The notes under the pieces were generated by a model. That model saw nothing but the letters and a program-made list of their open reading frames with translations. It was not told the origin of the DNA and searched no databases. The position numbers and the translations under genes are program-made. A stretch of 64,000 nt of DNA from Candidatus Poribacteria bacterium. Its GTDB lineage: Bacteria; Poribacteria; WGA-4E; PCPOR2b. The stretch covers positions 4,320,001 to 4,384,000 of the forward strand of contig OZ244042.1 in the NCBI GenBank assembly GCA_965215015.1, written 5' to 3'. Shown in pieces: positions 20,501-30,374 of the stretch. Each line of letters opens with the position of its first letter. The first letter of the stretch is position 1.

Positions 20501-20990
20501 TATAATTAACTTGCTAGGGCGTGTTGACATTTGACAGCACGGAGGTCAAAGGTTCTCAGAACGGAGTAGGGTTGAGCGGGAACCGGGAAATGGTAGTAGG
20601 CATACTCCGTACGCCGCAACCTTAAAAGTTCATCAATTGCACGAATGAACCAACATAGCCCCAGCAGGGAGATGTCTATAGAACATAGGCAAACCAATTT
20701 CCCTAAGCCCCAAATACCCGGTAGGTCGTCCGTCAATTCTTGGCTCATTGAGAAACACCCCGACTATAGGGCAATGTTCTGGGCGGATTGAGCTAGGATG
20801 ATTGCGTGATAGTATTGGTATCTACCTTATGCAACGTTCCGGGTCTTTTCAACATGTGTCACATTGGGGTAGGTACAGTGGATCGAGAAAATCACTGCTC
20901 TTCGTTCAGTCTCTCGATCGTAGTAAATAGTAAATGTCGAGCATGAAAACTCGACCTCTGAGTTATCTAGCAATCTAGCAACTTGAGTTA
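20501..20990. repeat. Composite intergenic repeat block (nested REP/MITE fragments)
   Basis: Imperfect inverted ends AACTTGCTAG / CTAGCAACTTGAGTTA (right end recurs at ~61640); REP at 20593-20617; 41-nt segment 20712-20752 repeated at 47302-47342. Confidence 0.5.
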
Positions 20991-21013
20991 TAATTAACAC
21001 ACAGGAGAACAGT

Positions 21014-21781
21014 ATGAGATTTGGCGTTTGCGCTCCGCTCGAAAAAATTGATAGGCTCGCAGCGGTTGGTTATGACTATATCGAATTGGGAGTGAGAAAT
21101 GCGCTCATTCCAGAAGCGAGCGATGCAGAATTTCAAAAAATTCAGGAACGCGTGGCACAGGCTGAATTGAAGCCCGAAGCCTACGCCGGTTTTATTCCCG
21201 GTGATCTGCGTGTCGTCGGGGATGCGGTTGATTTTCCACGGTTGTCGCGTTATGTCGAAACTGCGTGTCGTCGAGCGAAGGGGATTGGCGGAGAAATTAT
21301 TGTCTATGGGAGCAGTGGATCCCGCAATCTTGAGGGCGGTTATTCGCACGAGAAAGCGTTAGATCAGATTGCGGAATTTTTAGATATGGCTGCGGATCAC
21401 GCTGAAGCAAACGATATTACTATCGTGATTGAGCCGATTTGTCACCGGGAGGGGAATATCCTCCGCACTGTTGCTGACGGATTGGAGATGGCGCAACGAG
21501 TCAACCGGGAGGGGATTCAGTTGCTGGCAGATCTTTACCATGTCTGGCAGGAGGACGAGCCGATGCAGGATATCATCTATGCCGCGGAGTGGTTGGCGCA
21601 TGTCCACATCGCCGAGCCGGTCAAACGCTCATATCCGGGCAACGATGACTTTGATTTCGAGGAGTTCTTCACCGCGCTTGAGGATGCGGGCTACGATGGG
21701 CGTGTCTCCTGCGAGTGCAGTTTTGATGATTTTGATGCCGATGTGGAAACCGCTCTCCGGACGATGAGAACGTATATCTGA
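21014..21781 (+). CDS. Sugar phosphate isomerase/epimerase (ketose 3-epimerase-like)
   Basis: GYDYIEL, IEP, ADLYH, HVHIAE and GYDGRVSCE motifs; AGGAG RBS. Confidence 0.85.
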   Translation: MRFGVCAPLEKIDRLAAVGYDYIELGVRNALIPEASDAEFQKIQERVAQAELKPEAYAGFIPGDLRVVGDAVDFPRLSRYVETACRRAKGIGGEIIVYGSSGSRNLEGGYSHEKALDQIAEFLDMAADHAEANDITIVIEPICHREGNILRTVADGLEMAQRVNREGIQLLADLYHVWQEDEPMQDIIYAAEWLAHVHIAEPVKRSYPGNDDFDFEEFFTALEDAGYDGRVSCECSFDDFDADVETALRTMRTYI

Positions 21782-21908
21782 GCTGGTTCTTGATACAGTT
21801 TTTGACTGCTCAATTCTTTGCCCTTTAATTTTTGTTTTAATCTTTGTATACGTTAAAATTCGCGCACAGTTGGCATGGAGCTTCAAACTCCAATTTTCAA
21901 TGTTGCTT

Positions 21909-22868
21909 ATGGATACGATTCAAGGCCAAGTCATTCGAGCCAGAACCAGCTTCTATGATGTTCAGGACAGCAGCGCGGTCCTTCGTTGTCAGCTACGTGG
22001 GCGCGTCAAGCGTGCTCAGAGGTCTGCAGAGGGTAGGCAGATCTATGCGGACCCCGTCGCTGTCGGCGATCAGGTTGTCGTAACGCCGCTCGATAATGAA
22101 GCGGGGGTCATTGAGGAGATTTTACCGCGTCGGACAAAATTTTCGCGCAGATACCCCGGCAAGCGCGATGCCATCGAACAGATTGTTGTCGCGAATGCGG
22201 ATCAGGTGGTTACTGTCCTCTCAACGCGTCTACCTGACCTAAACTTGCGTTTCTTGGATCGATTTCTAATTTTAGCGGAAGTTGGTGAGATGGAGGCCGT
22301 TGTTTGCCTGAATAAAATCGATCTCATTGATTCAGCGGAGCAGCGAAATTTACGTTCAATTCTGAGTGCCTACAAGCAGCTTGGCTATCCGGTAATCTTT
22401 ACTAGTATCCATCATCCGCAGAGCATTGAACGCTTTCGAGAGATACTGCGGGATCAACTCAGCGTTATCGTCGGTGCGTCTGGTGTCGGGAAGTCGAGCC
22501 TGTTGAATGCAGTTCAGCCGGGGTTGGGCTTACGCGTCGGCGAAGTGGGACTAAAAACGGGGAAGGGCAGACACACGACGACATTGGTTGAACTTTTTTC
22601 CCTAGAATTTGGGGGTGAGGTGGCGGATACGCCGGGTATTCGGGAGGTTGGCTTGTGGGGGGTTGATACGGAGAACCTGGATCTCTATTTTCCAGAGATG
22701 GAAAGTTATCTGGGCAAATGCAAATACACAGATTGTGTTCACCTGTCTGAGCCCGGGTGTGCAGTTACTGAGGCGGTTAATACAGGTGCAATTAGTGAGA
22801 TCCGCTATTTGAGCTATGTTTCACTAAAAAACGATGAGAAGATAGAAGACTCAATGCCTATCTTATAA
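21909..22868 (+). CDS. rsgA: Ribosome small subunit-dependent GTPase A
   Basis: NKIDL, GASGVGKSS, GRHTTT and DTPG motifs; CKYTDCVHLSEPGC zinc finger. Confidence 0.95.
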   Translation: MDTIQGQVIRARTSFYDVQDSSAVLRCQLRGRVKRAQRSAEGRQIYADPVAVGDQVVVTPLDNEAGVIEEILPRRTKFSRRYPGKRDAIEQIVVANADQVVTVLSTRLPDLNLRFLDRFLILAEVGEMEAVVCLNKIDLIDSAEQRNLRSILSAYKQLGYPVIFTSIHHPQSIERFREILRDQLSVIVGASGVGKSSLLNAVQPGLGLRVGEVGLKTGKGRHTTTLVELFSLEFGGEVADTPGIREVGLWGVDTENLDLYFPEMESYLGKCKYTDCVHLSEPGCAVTEAVNTGAISEIRYLSYVSLKNDEKIEDSMPIL

Positions 22869-22902
22869 AGCTGTTCGCCCATAGGCTTAGCAGCGAAGTG
22901 GC

Positions 22903-23487
22903 TCAAGAGTCATGTTTCGGGGGAACGCGTCCGTTAAACTGGTTCATTGCTGTCTGAACCCCTTCTGTAACAAGGGTTTCAATCGCGTCAGCCGCACAGG
23001 GGATTGCCCAATCGATATATTCTCTTTCGGCGGCGGAAAATTCGTTCAGGACGTGATCCATCCAGTCCCCTTCTACCTTCCCGATGCCCACACGCAAGCG
23101 CGGAAAATCCTGTGTGCCAAGGTGATGGATAATTGATTTCATTCCGTTATGCCCACCATCGCTTCCCGCCTTTCGCATCCGCAGGGCACCGATGTCTAGG
23201 TTCAGGTCATCGTAAACTACGCATAGGCCATGTGGGGGTATGTCAAACTTCTGGACGAGCATGTTGACAGCCTCCCCGCTATTGTTCATGTAGGTCATCG
23301 GTTTGGCAAAGATAACCTCCGAGCTGTGCCATTCTGTTTGAGCGATGAGCGACCGACACAGGGGTTCTAACCGATTTAGCTGTAATCTCAGCAGGAGTTC
23401 ATTGACAATCCAAAATCCGAGGTTATGCTTGGTGTTTTCGTATCGTGGTCCCGGATTGCCGAGCCCAACGATTAGTTTTGTTGGCAT
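22903..23487 (-). CDS. pth: Peptidyl-tRNA hydrolase
   Basis: LIVGLGNPG, KPMTYMNNSG and GGHNGMKS motifs. Confidence 0.96.
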   Translation of the reverse strand: MPTKLIVGLGNPGPRYENTKHNLGFWIVNELLLRLQLNRLEPLCRSLIAQTEWHSSEVIFAKPMTYMNNSGEAVNMLVQKFDIPPHGLCVVYDDLNLDIGALRMRKAGSDGGHNGMKSIIHHLGTQDFPRLRVGIGKVEGDWMDHVLNEFSAAEREYIDWAIPCAADAIETLVTEGVQTAMNQFNGRVPPKHDS

Positions 23488-23621
23488 AAATATTATTGAC
23501 CAATGGTGCTAGTTTACAACTGTTGATATGCTCTTGCGTGAAGCGTGAAAACGATTTGTTCATGGGGTCATGATTGGTTCATTAGTGAACTTCTGAATGA
23601 ATGAACTCTTGCACGATAAAT

Positions 23622-24326
23622 TTATTGATCCATTTCTTGCCCGCTGGCCTCCCCCACCTCTAATGTCCCTCTTTCTGCTTCCACCGACTCCACTTCCGTT
23701 GATTCTGCCACTCCACTCACGACTTCCAATTCCACTGAAAGGTTCAACGGCTTTGAAATATCGATATGCCCTCCAATTGTATCCGTTTCAAGTCCTTCAA
23801 TAAGAATCTGCACCTTTCTAATCTGATCCGGGAAATTTGCCTTAACAGTTCGTAGGATTGCACCCACAGTAAGGGCTTCACCGGTTGTGCCGCCGATATG
23901 TTCGTCTTTGAGATGGCGTGAGAAATCCAAATACGCTGTTGCTCCCTCGTCAATATACACTTCATGGAGCAGTGTACCTTTGGGGATAGTTTGGTAAAAG
24001 TCGTTGTTGGAATCGCCGAGGAGTTGGGTGAGAGTCTGTTTGAGACGTTCAGTGACATCTTGGGAAAGGTCTAGCTCCCGTTCTTCACTGACAAGTCTGA
24101 GCGAGTCGGTATCAAAGAAGAAGAGCGTACACTTCTGAAGCTGGGTCTGAGGCTCATCAGGAGTAACAATGGGGGGGAGGGGAGGTGGTGTTGGATCGGT
24201 CTGCTTAGAGTCGCATGATATTAATATCGCTAAAATAACAATGGCGACTGTGAGAGCTATGCCTAAGGTTGTAATTCGCCAAATCTGTTTGAATTTTAGA
24301 CTTTTGTGTGCCGCATTATCTGCCAT
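23622..24326 (-). CDS. GerMN domain lipoprotein
   Basis: Lipobox-like LISC; IPKGT.L, YLDFS and VQILIEG..TIGGHIDIS motifs. Confidence 0.8.
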   Translation of the reverse strand: MADNAAHKSLKFKQIWRITTLGIALTVAIVILAILISCDSKQTDPTPPPLPPIVTPDEPQTQLQKCTLFFFDTDSLRLVSEERELDLSQDVTERLKQTLTQLLGDSNNDFYQTIPKGTLLHEVYIDEGATAYLDFSRHLKDEHIGGTTGEALTVGAILRTVKANFPDQIRKVQILIEGLETDTIGGHIDISKPLNLSVELEVVSGVAESTEVESVEAERGTLEVGEASGQEMDQ

Positions 24327-25482
24327 TTGCAGCTTCCTCTACCTGATTGGATTCTGCGATATAAGTCTGGATTGCCTGCAATATCTCTGTCGCGATGGAG
24401 ACAAGGTGGTCGGCGTCGGTGAGTCGTGCTTCATCAGTTTCATTGGATAGATAGCCGATTTCAATGAGAACTGCCGGCATGTAAACGTCTGCTAGCGTTG
24501 CCAGTGGTATCTCAGTCAGGGAAATCGGTGTCGGCGAAAGTGTCTCCAATTCCGTCTGGAGAATCGTGGCAAACTGCCGACTCTGCATCAGAAAATCTTC
24601 TTGGGAGAGTTCTTGGATAGTTGTGCTATGCTGTGAAGTTTCGTTGGGATTAGGGGGTGGAGGGTCTTGGGTAATGTCCAATGAATTGCTGATATAGAGA
24701 TGGATGCCTGCTGCGAGATCCGAAAAAGAGGTGTTACAGTGTAGACTCAGAAAGAGGCTTCCATAATTGTTTTGAGCAATATTGATTCGCTCTTTCGGGT
24801 GCTGCTCAAAGTCTGCATCTCGCGTCAATATTACTTCGACCTGATGCTGGCGGGCAACCGCCTCAATCTGTTTGGCGAGGTCAAGGACAATATCTTTCTC
24901 AGCTACCCTTGTGCGCCCGTGACAACCCGTATCTCCACCGCCGTGTCCGGGATCAAGGATAACCAGAAATTTTGCCGGTCCATCCGCAACTGTAGTAGGG
25001 GAAAGGTCGGGGAGCGGTGTAGTTCCTTCAGTAATGTGTATCGCCTGTATTACGGGGTTATGGGTCACCTTAAAATCGTAGACCTGGGGGAGCAGATCGG
25101 TAAAAAATTCGAGTGGCAGCATCAATTTTTCCCCAATGATAAGTGGGGGATGAGGGAGCGACAATTCCATTTCGTCCGCATTGACACTAACAGAAAGCGA
25201 CCCAATTCGTAGACGCAGCTGCTTCCCTTTCACATTCAAAGTCATTCGCTTTGTCAAAGAGCTATACTGTTGCCTCATGCCCGAATCAAATGCCTCCCGC
25301 AAGGTCTGAACCGGAAGATACAAACTACCATTTCGTACTACAACCGCTGCTTGGGCAAGGGTATTGCCGCTTCCGTCAACAAAGCGGATTGGCGAGGATT
25401 GAGCAAAGCTCAGACTGACACAACTCAAGAACAGAATTGCAACGAATAGAATGAATTGACGCGCCGTTAAGTGCTTGACCAT
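24316..25482 (-). CDS. N-acetylmuramoyl-L-alanine amidase (Amidase_3) with an N-terminal accessory domain
   Basis: ILDPGHGG, EKDIVL, LSLHCN and MPAVLIEIGYLSN motifs; signal peptide from MVKHLT. Confidence 0.9.
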   Translation of the reverse strand: MVKHLTARQFILFVAILFLSCVSLSFAQSSPIRFVDGSGNTLAQAAVVVRNGSLYLPVQTLREAFDSGMRQQYSSLTKRMTLNVKGKQLRLRIGSLSVSVNADEMELSLPHPPLIIGEKLMLPLEFFTDLLPQVYDFKVTHNPVIQAIHITEGTTPLPDLSPTTVADGPAKFLVILDPGHGGGDTGCHGRTRVAEKDIVLDLAKQIEAVARQHQVEVILTRDADFEQHPKERINIAQNNYGSLFLSLHCNTSFSDLAAGIHLYISNSLDITQDPPPPNPNETSQHSTTIQELSQEDFLMQSRQFATILQTELETLSPTPISLTEIPLATLADVYMPAVLIEIGYLSNETDEARLTDADHLVSIATEILQAIQTYIAESNQVEEAANGR

Positions 25483-25630
25483 AAGATTATAGTAACCAAT
25501 GGTGCTAGTTTGCGCCTGTTGATACACTCTCCGATCAAAGACCGGGCGTAAAACGGGAAAATACCCCCTGTAATCCCCCCGCAAGCAGGGGGAGGGGGGT
25601 ATTGGTGCATGGGTGGATTGGTTCATTAAT

Positions 25631-25894
25631 TAGGAGTTACGCACGTGGGTTTGTCGTAAGGCAATTCAACCCGCATCACGATAGACCATAAATCACAAGC
25701 ATACTCCGTATGCCGTAACCGTTGTCCCAACGACGGCACGCGGAGCAGGCCTACGACTTTGGGATTCACTGTCGCCGCTCGATGAATCGCCGGGGATACC
25801 ATGACTCTAGCATAAGAGTCATGGCTCAACCAACCACGAACATGGCACCACCTTTTCTGGTGCTGGCGTCAAAGGATCAACTGCGTAAGCCCTA
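25631..25894. mobile_element. MITE family A, copy 2 (contains a REP doublet)
   Basis: TIRs TAGGAGTTACGCA / TGCGTAAGCCCTA; internal GCATACTCCGTATGCCGT..GACGGCACGCGGAG. Confidence 0.7.
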
Positions 25895-26144
25895 AATGTA
25901 CGAATGAACTCTTCAAATAAACCGATGAACTGTTGAATGCAAACGATGTGGAAACGACAGTCTCACCAACTCGCACCAAAGGTCAGTAGAGCGGTTCCGA
26001 TAATCGAGGTAAACTCCGCCCCGACCTATTGGAAATCTACTGCGGTTGTCACGATTGATTCTGACGACTTATTGTAGAGGGGACTGCGTTGCCTATAACA
26101 ATATCATAAAGCAGTGGATAACTTGCAAGCAAGATTCCACATAC

Positions 26145-26813
26145 CTATCCCTCATCCTCTTCCGCATCATCACTGCGGCGAGAAATAACTTCCGGCTCCG
26201 CATCTTCATCGACTTCGATTTCTTCTTCAGCATCTTCCTCTGCTGTTAGTTCTTCCTCTATTCTTGGTGGGACAATGGCGACAATTCGCGTGTTCGGATC
26301 GTCTAGGATTTCAATCTCTTCAGGCAGAGAAATATCTTCCACAGAAAGTCTATCGTCAATTTCCAATTCGTTAATATCGACCTCGATTTCTTCAGGTAAA
26401 AGCGTTGGGAGACAGCGTAACGTTAATTGTCGGTGTGGGAACTCAAGAATTCCTCCCTCTCGGACCCCCGGGGCGGATCCAACAAGGATGATAGATGCCG
26501 CCGAGGTAATCGGCTCATCCATCGAGATGCGTAGGAGATCGGTGTGCAGCAGTTGATTACTTACTGGGTCCCTCTGGATTTCTTTCACCATAACGTTTTC
26601 GGTGCCGTGATCCGCGATTTCTAAGTTGATAAAAGCATTTTCCCCATAGTCTTGCAGAAAATTCTTAAATCCTCGTTCTTCAATTCGGATGGGGATAGTC
26701 TCGTTTTTCTGACCGTACAGTATTGCCGGAATGTGCCCTGCACGCCGCATGCCACGTGCAGCACCTTTGCCGGAAGCCTCCCGTTTTTGGGCGTCAAGTT
26801 TAACTTGTTGCAT
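26145..26813 (-). CDS. rplY: 50S ribosomal protein L25/general stress protein Ctc
   Basis: GKGAAR.MRRAG.IPAILYG, KEIQRDPV and GVREGG motifs; acidic tail. Confidence 0.95.
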   Translation of the reverse strand: MQQVKLDAQKREASGKGAARGMRRAGHIPAILYGQKNETIPIRIEERGFKNFLQDYGENAFINLEIADHGTENVMVKEIQRDPVSNQLLHTDLLRISMDEPITSAASIILVGSAPGVREGGILEFPHRQLTLRCLPTLLPEEIEVDINELEIDDRLSVEDISLPEEIEILDDPNTRIVAIVPPRIEEELTAEEDAEEEIEVDEDAEPEVISRRSDDAEEDEG

Positions 26814-26826
26814 ATTGTACTCCTCT

Positions 26827-26866
26827 AAAATAAAAGAAAGCCGTAGCTGTGATATAGCTACGGCTT
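26827..26866 (-). terminator. Rho-independent terminator-like hairpin downstream of tRNA-Gln
   Basis: AAGCCGTAGCT / AGCTACGGCTT 11-bp stem followed by TCTTTTATTTT on the - strand. Confidence 0.7.
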
Positions 26867-26875
26867 ATGGAAATA

Positions 26876-26947
26876 CTGGGCGGGTAGGGATCGAACCTAC
26901 GAATGCGGGTGCCAAAGACCCGTGCCTTACCGCTTGGCGACCGCCCA
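26876..26947 (-). tRNA. tRNA-Gln (anticodon TTG), CCA not encoded
   Basis: TGGGCGGTCGCCAAGCGGTAAGGCACGGGTCTTTGGCACCCGCATTCGTAGGTTCGATCCCTACCCGCCCAG folds as a cloverleaf; conserved position after ispE. Confidence 0.95.
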
Positions 26948-27856
26948 TCAAGAGATACGCACTCCCACGCTACTCAGGGGCGTTGCACTGCAAAAAGCGA
27001 AATCGTTCTCGAAGTTCATGGCAGCCAGCTTCGCTCGATTTTGGCTTTGCATAACCGCAAACACCGTTGCGCCGCTTCCTGACATAAGCACCCCGCAACT
27101 ACCAGGGCAGTTGCCCAACTTCGTTTTGATTTCGGCGATAGCAGGATATTGCGAGAGAACAGGTACTTCTAAGCCGTTATAGAGATGGCGCACGACTCCG
27201 AAAAGCTCGCCATTCCGTAAACAACGAGTCAGCATTGTAACATTTTTTTTGGGTGCAGTCAATGATAAATTGATTTGTTGATAAACCCAGGCGGTGGAAA
27301 TTGCAAAGCCGGGGTTTGCAAGTAGAATCCACGCTTCCTCTAACGGAGGCAATGGGGTCAAGATTTCGCCAATGCCGCGTCCAAGGGCAGCACCACCCAG
27401 AATACAAAATGGCACATCTGCGCCAAGTTGTACGCCCAGCTGCATTAGCTCTGTCCGCGTCAATCCAAGATTAAAAAGGACATTCATCCCACAAAGGACC
27501 GCGGCGGCATCCGCACTGCCTCCGCCAAGCCCTGCTGCAATAGGTATTCGTTTCACAATTTTAATCTTAACACCATTCAGATTGGGTGCATTATCAAGCA
27601 GCAACTTTGCAGCACGATAGGCAAGGTTGCGTGGGTTGCACGGCACATGTGGGTGTTCGCAGTGCACTGTGATTTGTCTATCGGTGCCTTTGTGAAGGTA
27701 GATGTCGTCATGCAGGCCGATTGAATGAAAAATTGTTTCGATTTCGTGATAGCCATCGGGACGTTTACCGACCACGTCAAGGTACAGGTTAATTTTTGCG
27801 TGTGCCTGTATGTGCAAGTGCTCGCCTCCCGATTCATCGGCGTCGAAATCTGCCAT
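26948..27856 (-). CDS. ispE: 4-diphosphocytidyl-2-C-methyl-D-erythritol kinase
   Basis: AKINLYL..GKRPDGYHE, IPIAAGLGGGSADAA, GADVPF and MSGSG motifs. Confidence 0.95.
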   Translation of the reverse strand: MADFDADESGGEHLHIQAHAKINLYLDVVGKRPDGYHEIETIFHSIGLHDDIYLHKGTDRQITVHCEHPHVPCNPRNLAYRAAKLLLDNAPNLNGVKIKIVKRIPIAAGLGGGSADAAAVLCGMNVLFNLGLTRTELMQLGVQLGADVPFCILGGAALGRGIGEILTPLPPLEEAWILLANPGFAISTAWVYQQINLSLTAPKKNVTMLTRCLRNGELFGVVRHLYNGLEVPVLSQYPAIAEIKTKLGNCPGSCGVLMSGSGATVFAVMQSQNRAKLAAMNFENDFAFCSATPLSSVGVRIS

Positions 27857-27857
27857 G

Positions 27858-28793
27858 CTATTTCCTCAAAAATCGGCGTTTTGTGCCTTCCCTCAAAAAT
27901 CGATCAAACTCAAACTTACTGTCGCTGATATCAATGTTGATCTCAGGTTTCACGATTTTCATTACGACTTGTGTTTTTTCGATAGGGCGCCTAATCTCGA
28001 TTTTATGCGGTCGGAGGATACCACCAACCTCCCGATAGTCTGAGAACTTTGCCTCTTGAACGGTTGTCCCACTCTTATCACGGATCTCCCAATCACTGAC
28101 TCGTGGCTCCGAATCGCGCACAAAGATTGTGATCCGTTCAATCTGCCCTGCTGCAGTACCGGAGCGCATTACCACGTACTTTGCGCCGGAATGTGCTAGG
28201 GATAACTGGTGGGTTTGCCCATCGAGGAAGGGGTTGGCGAAAATTGCACTACGGACGTCAGACACCCGCAAATCTACCCCAAAAATTTCTTGGAGCACCT
28301 GATCTTCCAACGGCTCAAAGATAACCTCCTCTTCATTGACAAAATAGAGCAAAAACTGGTTTCGCGCCGCGATAGCAACCACTCGCGGTTCATTCAGAGG
28401 CCCCATCGCTTGAATGTGTAGAAGATCGCCGTCTGTCTCGGATTTCTTGTACCAGAGGGATTCTCGGACTTCCTCCTTTTTGCCTTCTTCCTCAATAGTT
28501 ACGATGAGCTGCAGTATCCTTAAGGTTGAAGTCAGGTCATAACTCAATTGGAGCTCTTCGAGAATTGGATTCAATTTTTCGGCGTCAGCGGGGGACAAGC
28601 GAAAATTAGCGGCGGGTCCTCCGCAGCCATTGAGACCGACAAACAGGGAGAGAACGATAAGCGAGAAGTGGAGTCTGAAACTCCGATAGATAGGGATTAA
28701 AACACTAGGTATCATGTGACGGAACCGGATTCTTGGACTCTCGAAACGGAACTGTGAAATGTGAAGCATAGAACGCAGATATGTAGGATTCAT
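27858..28793 (-). CDS. Lipoprotein, probable LolA/LolB-like fold (DUF4292-like)
   Basis: Lipobox LNGC; C-terminal FSDYREVGGILRPHKIEI..EINIDISDSKF; start uncertain (28793 or 28715). Confidence 0.55.
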   Translation of the reverse strand: MNPTYLRSMLHISQFRFESPRIRFRHMIPSVLIPIYRSFRLHFSLIVLSLFVGLNGCGGPAANFRLSPADAEKLNPILEELQLSYDLTSTLRILQLIVTIEEEGKKEEVRESLWYKKSETDGDLLHIQAMGPLNEPRVVAIAARNQFLLYFVNEEEVIFEPLEDQVLQEIFGVDLRVSDVRSAIFANPFLDGQTHQLSLAHSGAKYVVMRSGTAAGQIERITIFVRDSEPRVSDWEIRDKSGTTVQEAKFSDYREVGGILRPHKIEIRRPIEKTQVVMKIVKPEINIDISDSKFEFDRFLREGTKRRFLRK

Positions 28794-28794
28794 G

Positions 28795-30135
28795 TCAGTG
28801 CTTTTGTGTATCAATTCGTGAAATCTGCCACCCCTTTTTGGATTCAATTAATGCAAAAAATAGCTTGCCCGAGAGCGTTGAAGGTGAGCTGCCCGCCGCA
28901 GTTAAGACAATGACGTAATCCGCATCAACTGTTGCTGTTCCGGCTTCGCTTTGGGTACGCAATCTTTGCAGCGAAAAATCGATTTGCGTATATCTTTGGA
29001 ACAGCCCTGCCATTTTTTCTCGCAATTGTTCATAATTTTCACCATCTCTCGAATAATTGGGCGATATGGTTGCCATCAATGCGGACAGATCTCGGTTCGT
29101 GTAAGCGGACGCATACCCGTGGACAACGGCTTCGATGCCTCGCTGTGGGTTAGTATCCGTACCACGGTCAACCTGCAGCAATTCTTCGGAAGCAGATGCA
29201 GCGGAATCCGACGACATAGGTAAGGTAGATTCCGCTGCGAAGATCTCATCAAGCATTTGTTCGTTAGCTGCATCTTGGCTCGATGTCACCGATGCAACTT
29301 CGTCCCTTTTTTCAAACCCGTAAACTTCGATTTCGGTGAGGCGAATGGTCCCGCGCATATCGCGGATGCGGATGCGACTGAGCATTCCGCGGACATAGCC
29401 GGTGGTACGCCTTGTGTTGTAGGTCTCGGTGTCGTTTGTCAGCCGGATAAGCAAACGAATTCTTGGAGTCCGCACCGGCTTAAAACGCACAACAACCCGT
29501 CCCTGTTTGTTGTTGCGGATACTATTGTGTTGCTCTCCAATTTTTTTCCCAATCCGATCAACGCTCTTCCACCCTTTTGCATGTGGCGTCCAGTATTGCA
29601 CAGCAAAGTCGCTGACACCGTACTGGCTAGCGGGATACTTTTCTGAATCGACAGTGTGAACGATGACGCGCGTCACCAACTTTTCCTCCGCAAGGTTAAT
29701 AACAACCCACCCCAGTGCTGAAGAGGAGGTGCCATCTAACCCACCGCCGTAAAGGTTTCTACTGTTGTAATCCATCTGATTCGCATCCTCGCGCGGACGT
29801 GTTGCCCCGCCTCCCCTACTGAAGACCGCCAGCTGCTCACGTTCTCCAACCTCCATATATCCCCCATATTCATAGGAACCATCAAAACGCGCTTCCCATC
29901 CCTCGCCCTTATCCCAGCTTTCGGAGCTAACAACCCCGTTTGCTAAGGTTGAGGCGGGATGATCGGGGTTATCTTGAGAGACAAGAATCATCCCTCCATT
30001 TTCGGGGAGGGCATAGTTGACAAGCTGTTTGTCGATTTCACTTGCCTCAACAAAAGCTTGTTTGAGTGTTTGTTGGCAGCCACAGATTAGCATCAGGTAT
30101 GCAATGATGAAAGGTGCGATTACAAGTTTCTTCAT
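28795..30135 (-). CDS. Lipoprotein with a discoidin/F5-8-like domain and a C-terminal NTF2-like domain
   Basis: Lipobox ICGC; WVVINL..VIVH, IRLTEIEVYG; YASAYTNRDL..ISPNY..GWQI. Confidence 0.6.
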   Translation of the reverse strand: MKKLVIAPFIIAYLMLICGCQQTLKQAFVEASEIDKQLVNYALPENGGMILVSQDNPDHPASTLANGVVSSESWDKGEGWEARFDGSYEYGGYMEVGEREQLAVFSRGGGATRPREDANQMDYNSRNLYGGGLDGTSSSALGWVVINLAEEKLVTRVIVHTVDSEKYPASQYGVSDFAVQYWTPHAKGWKSVDRIGKKIGEQHNSIRNNKQGRVVVRFKPVRTPRIRLLIRLTNDTETYNTRRTTGYVRGMLSRIRIRDMRGTIRLTEIEVYGFEKRDEVASVTSSQDAANEQMLDEIFAAESTLPMSSDSAASASEELLQVDRGTDTNPQRGIEAVVHGYASAYTNRDLSALMATISPNYSRDGENYEQLREKMAGLFQRYTQIDFSLQRLRTQSEAGTATVDADYVIVLTAAGSSPSTLSGKLFFALIESKKGWQISRIDTQKH

Positions 30136-30240
30136 AGACTCTTCACGGCGGAACCCTCAAATTGATTTATGGAGCTAAAGCCGCGCCTCCTGTTATGTAG
30201 CCATCTCTGTCGGTTGGAGAAATCAACCGATGTCGCTAGC

Positions 30241-30322
30241 AGTGGGCATACTCCGTATGCTATCCCCTTTCCCCTGCTTGCGGGGGATTACAGGGGGGAG
30301 GGCACGCGGAGCGTGCCGACTA
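30241..30322. repeat. REP doublet with an internal GC-rich repeat
   Basis: GGCATACTCCGTATGC...GGCACGCGGAGCGTGCCGACTA enclosing CCCTGCTTGCGGGGGATTACAGGGGG. Confidence 0.65.
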
Positions 30323-30374
30323 AATCTGTATAGACATATCCAAGCCATAGTTTGTGAATATGCGGTGAATTCGT

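Noticed and set aside
25483-25626. N-terminal extension of the amidase ORF
   Set aside because: Read-through of an intergenic repeat; the signal peptide begins at 25482
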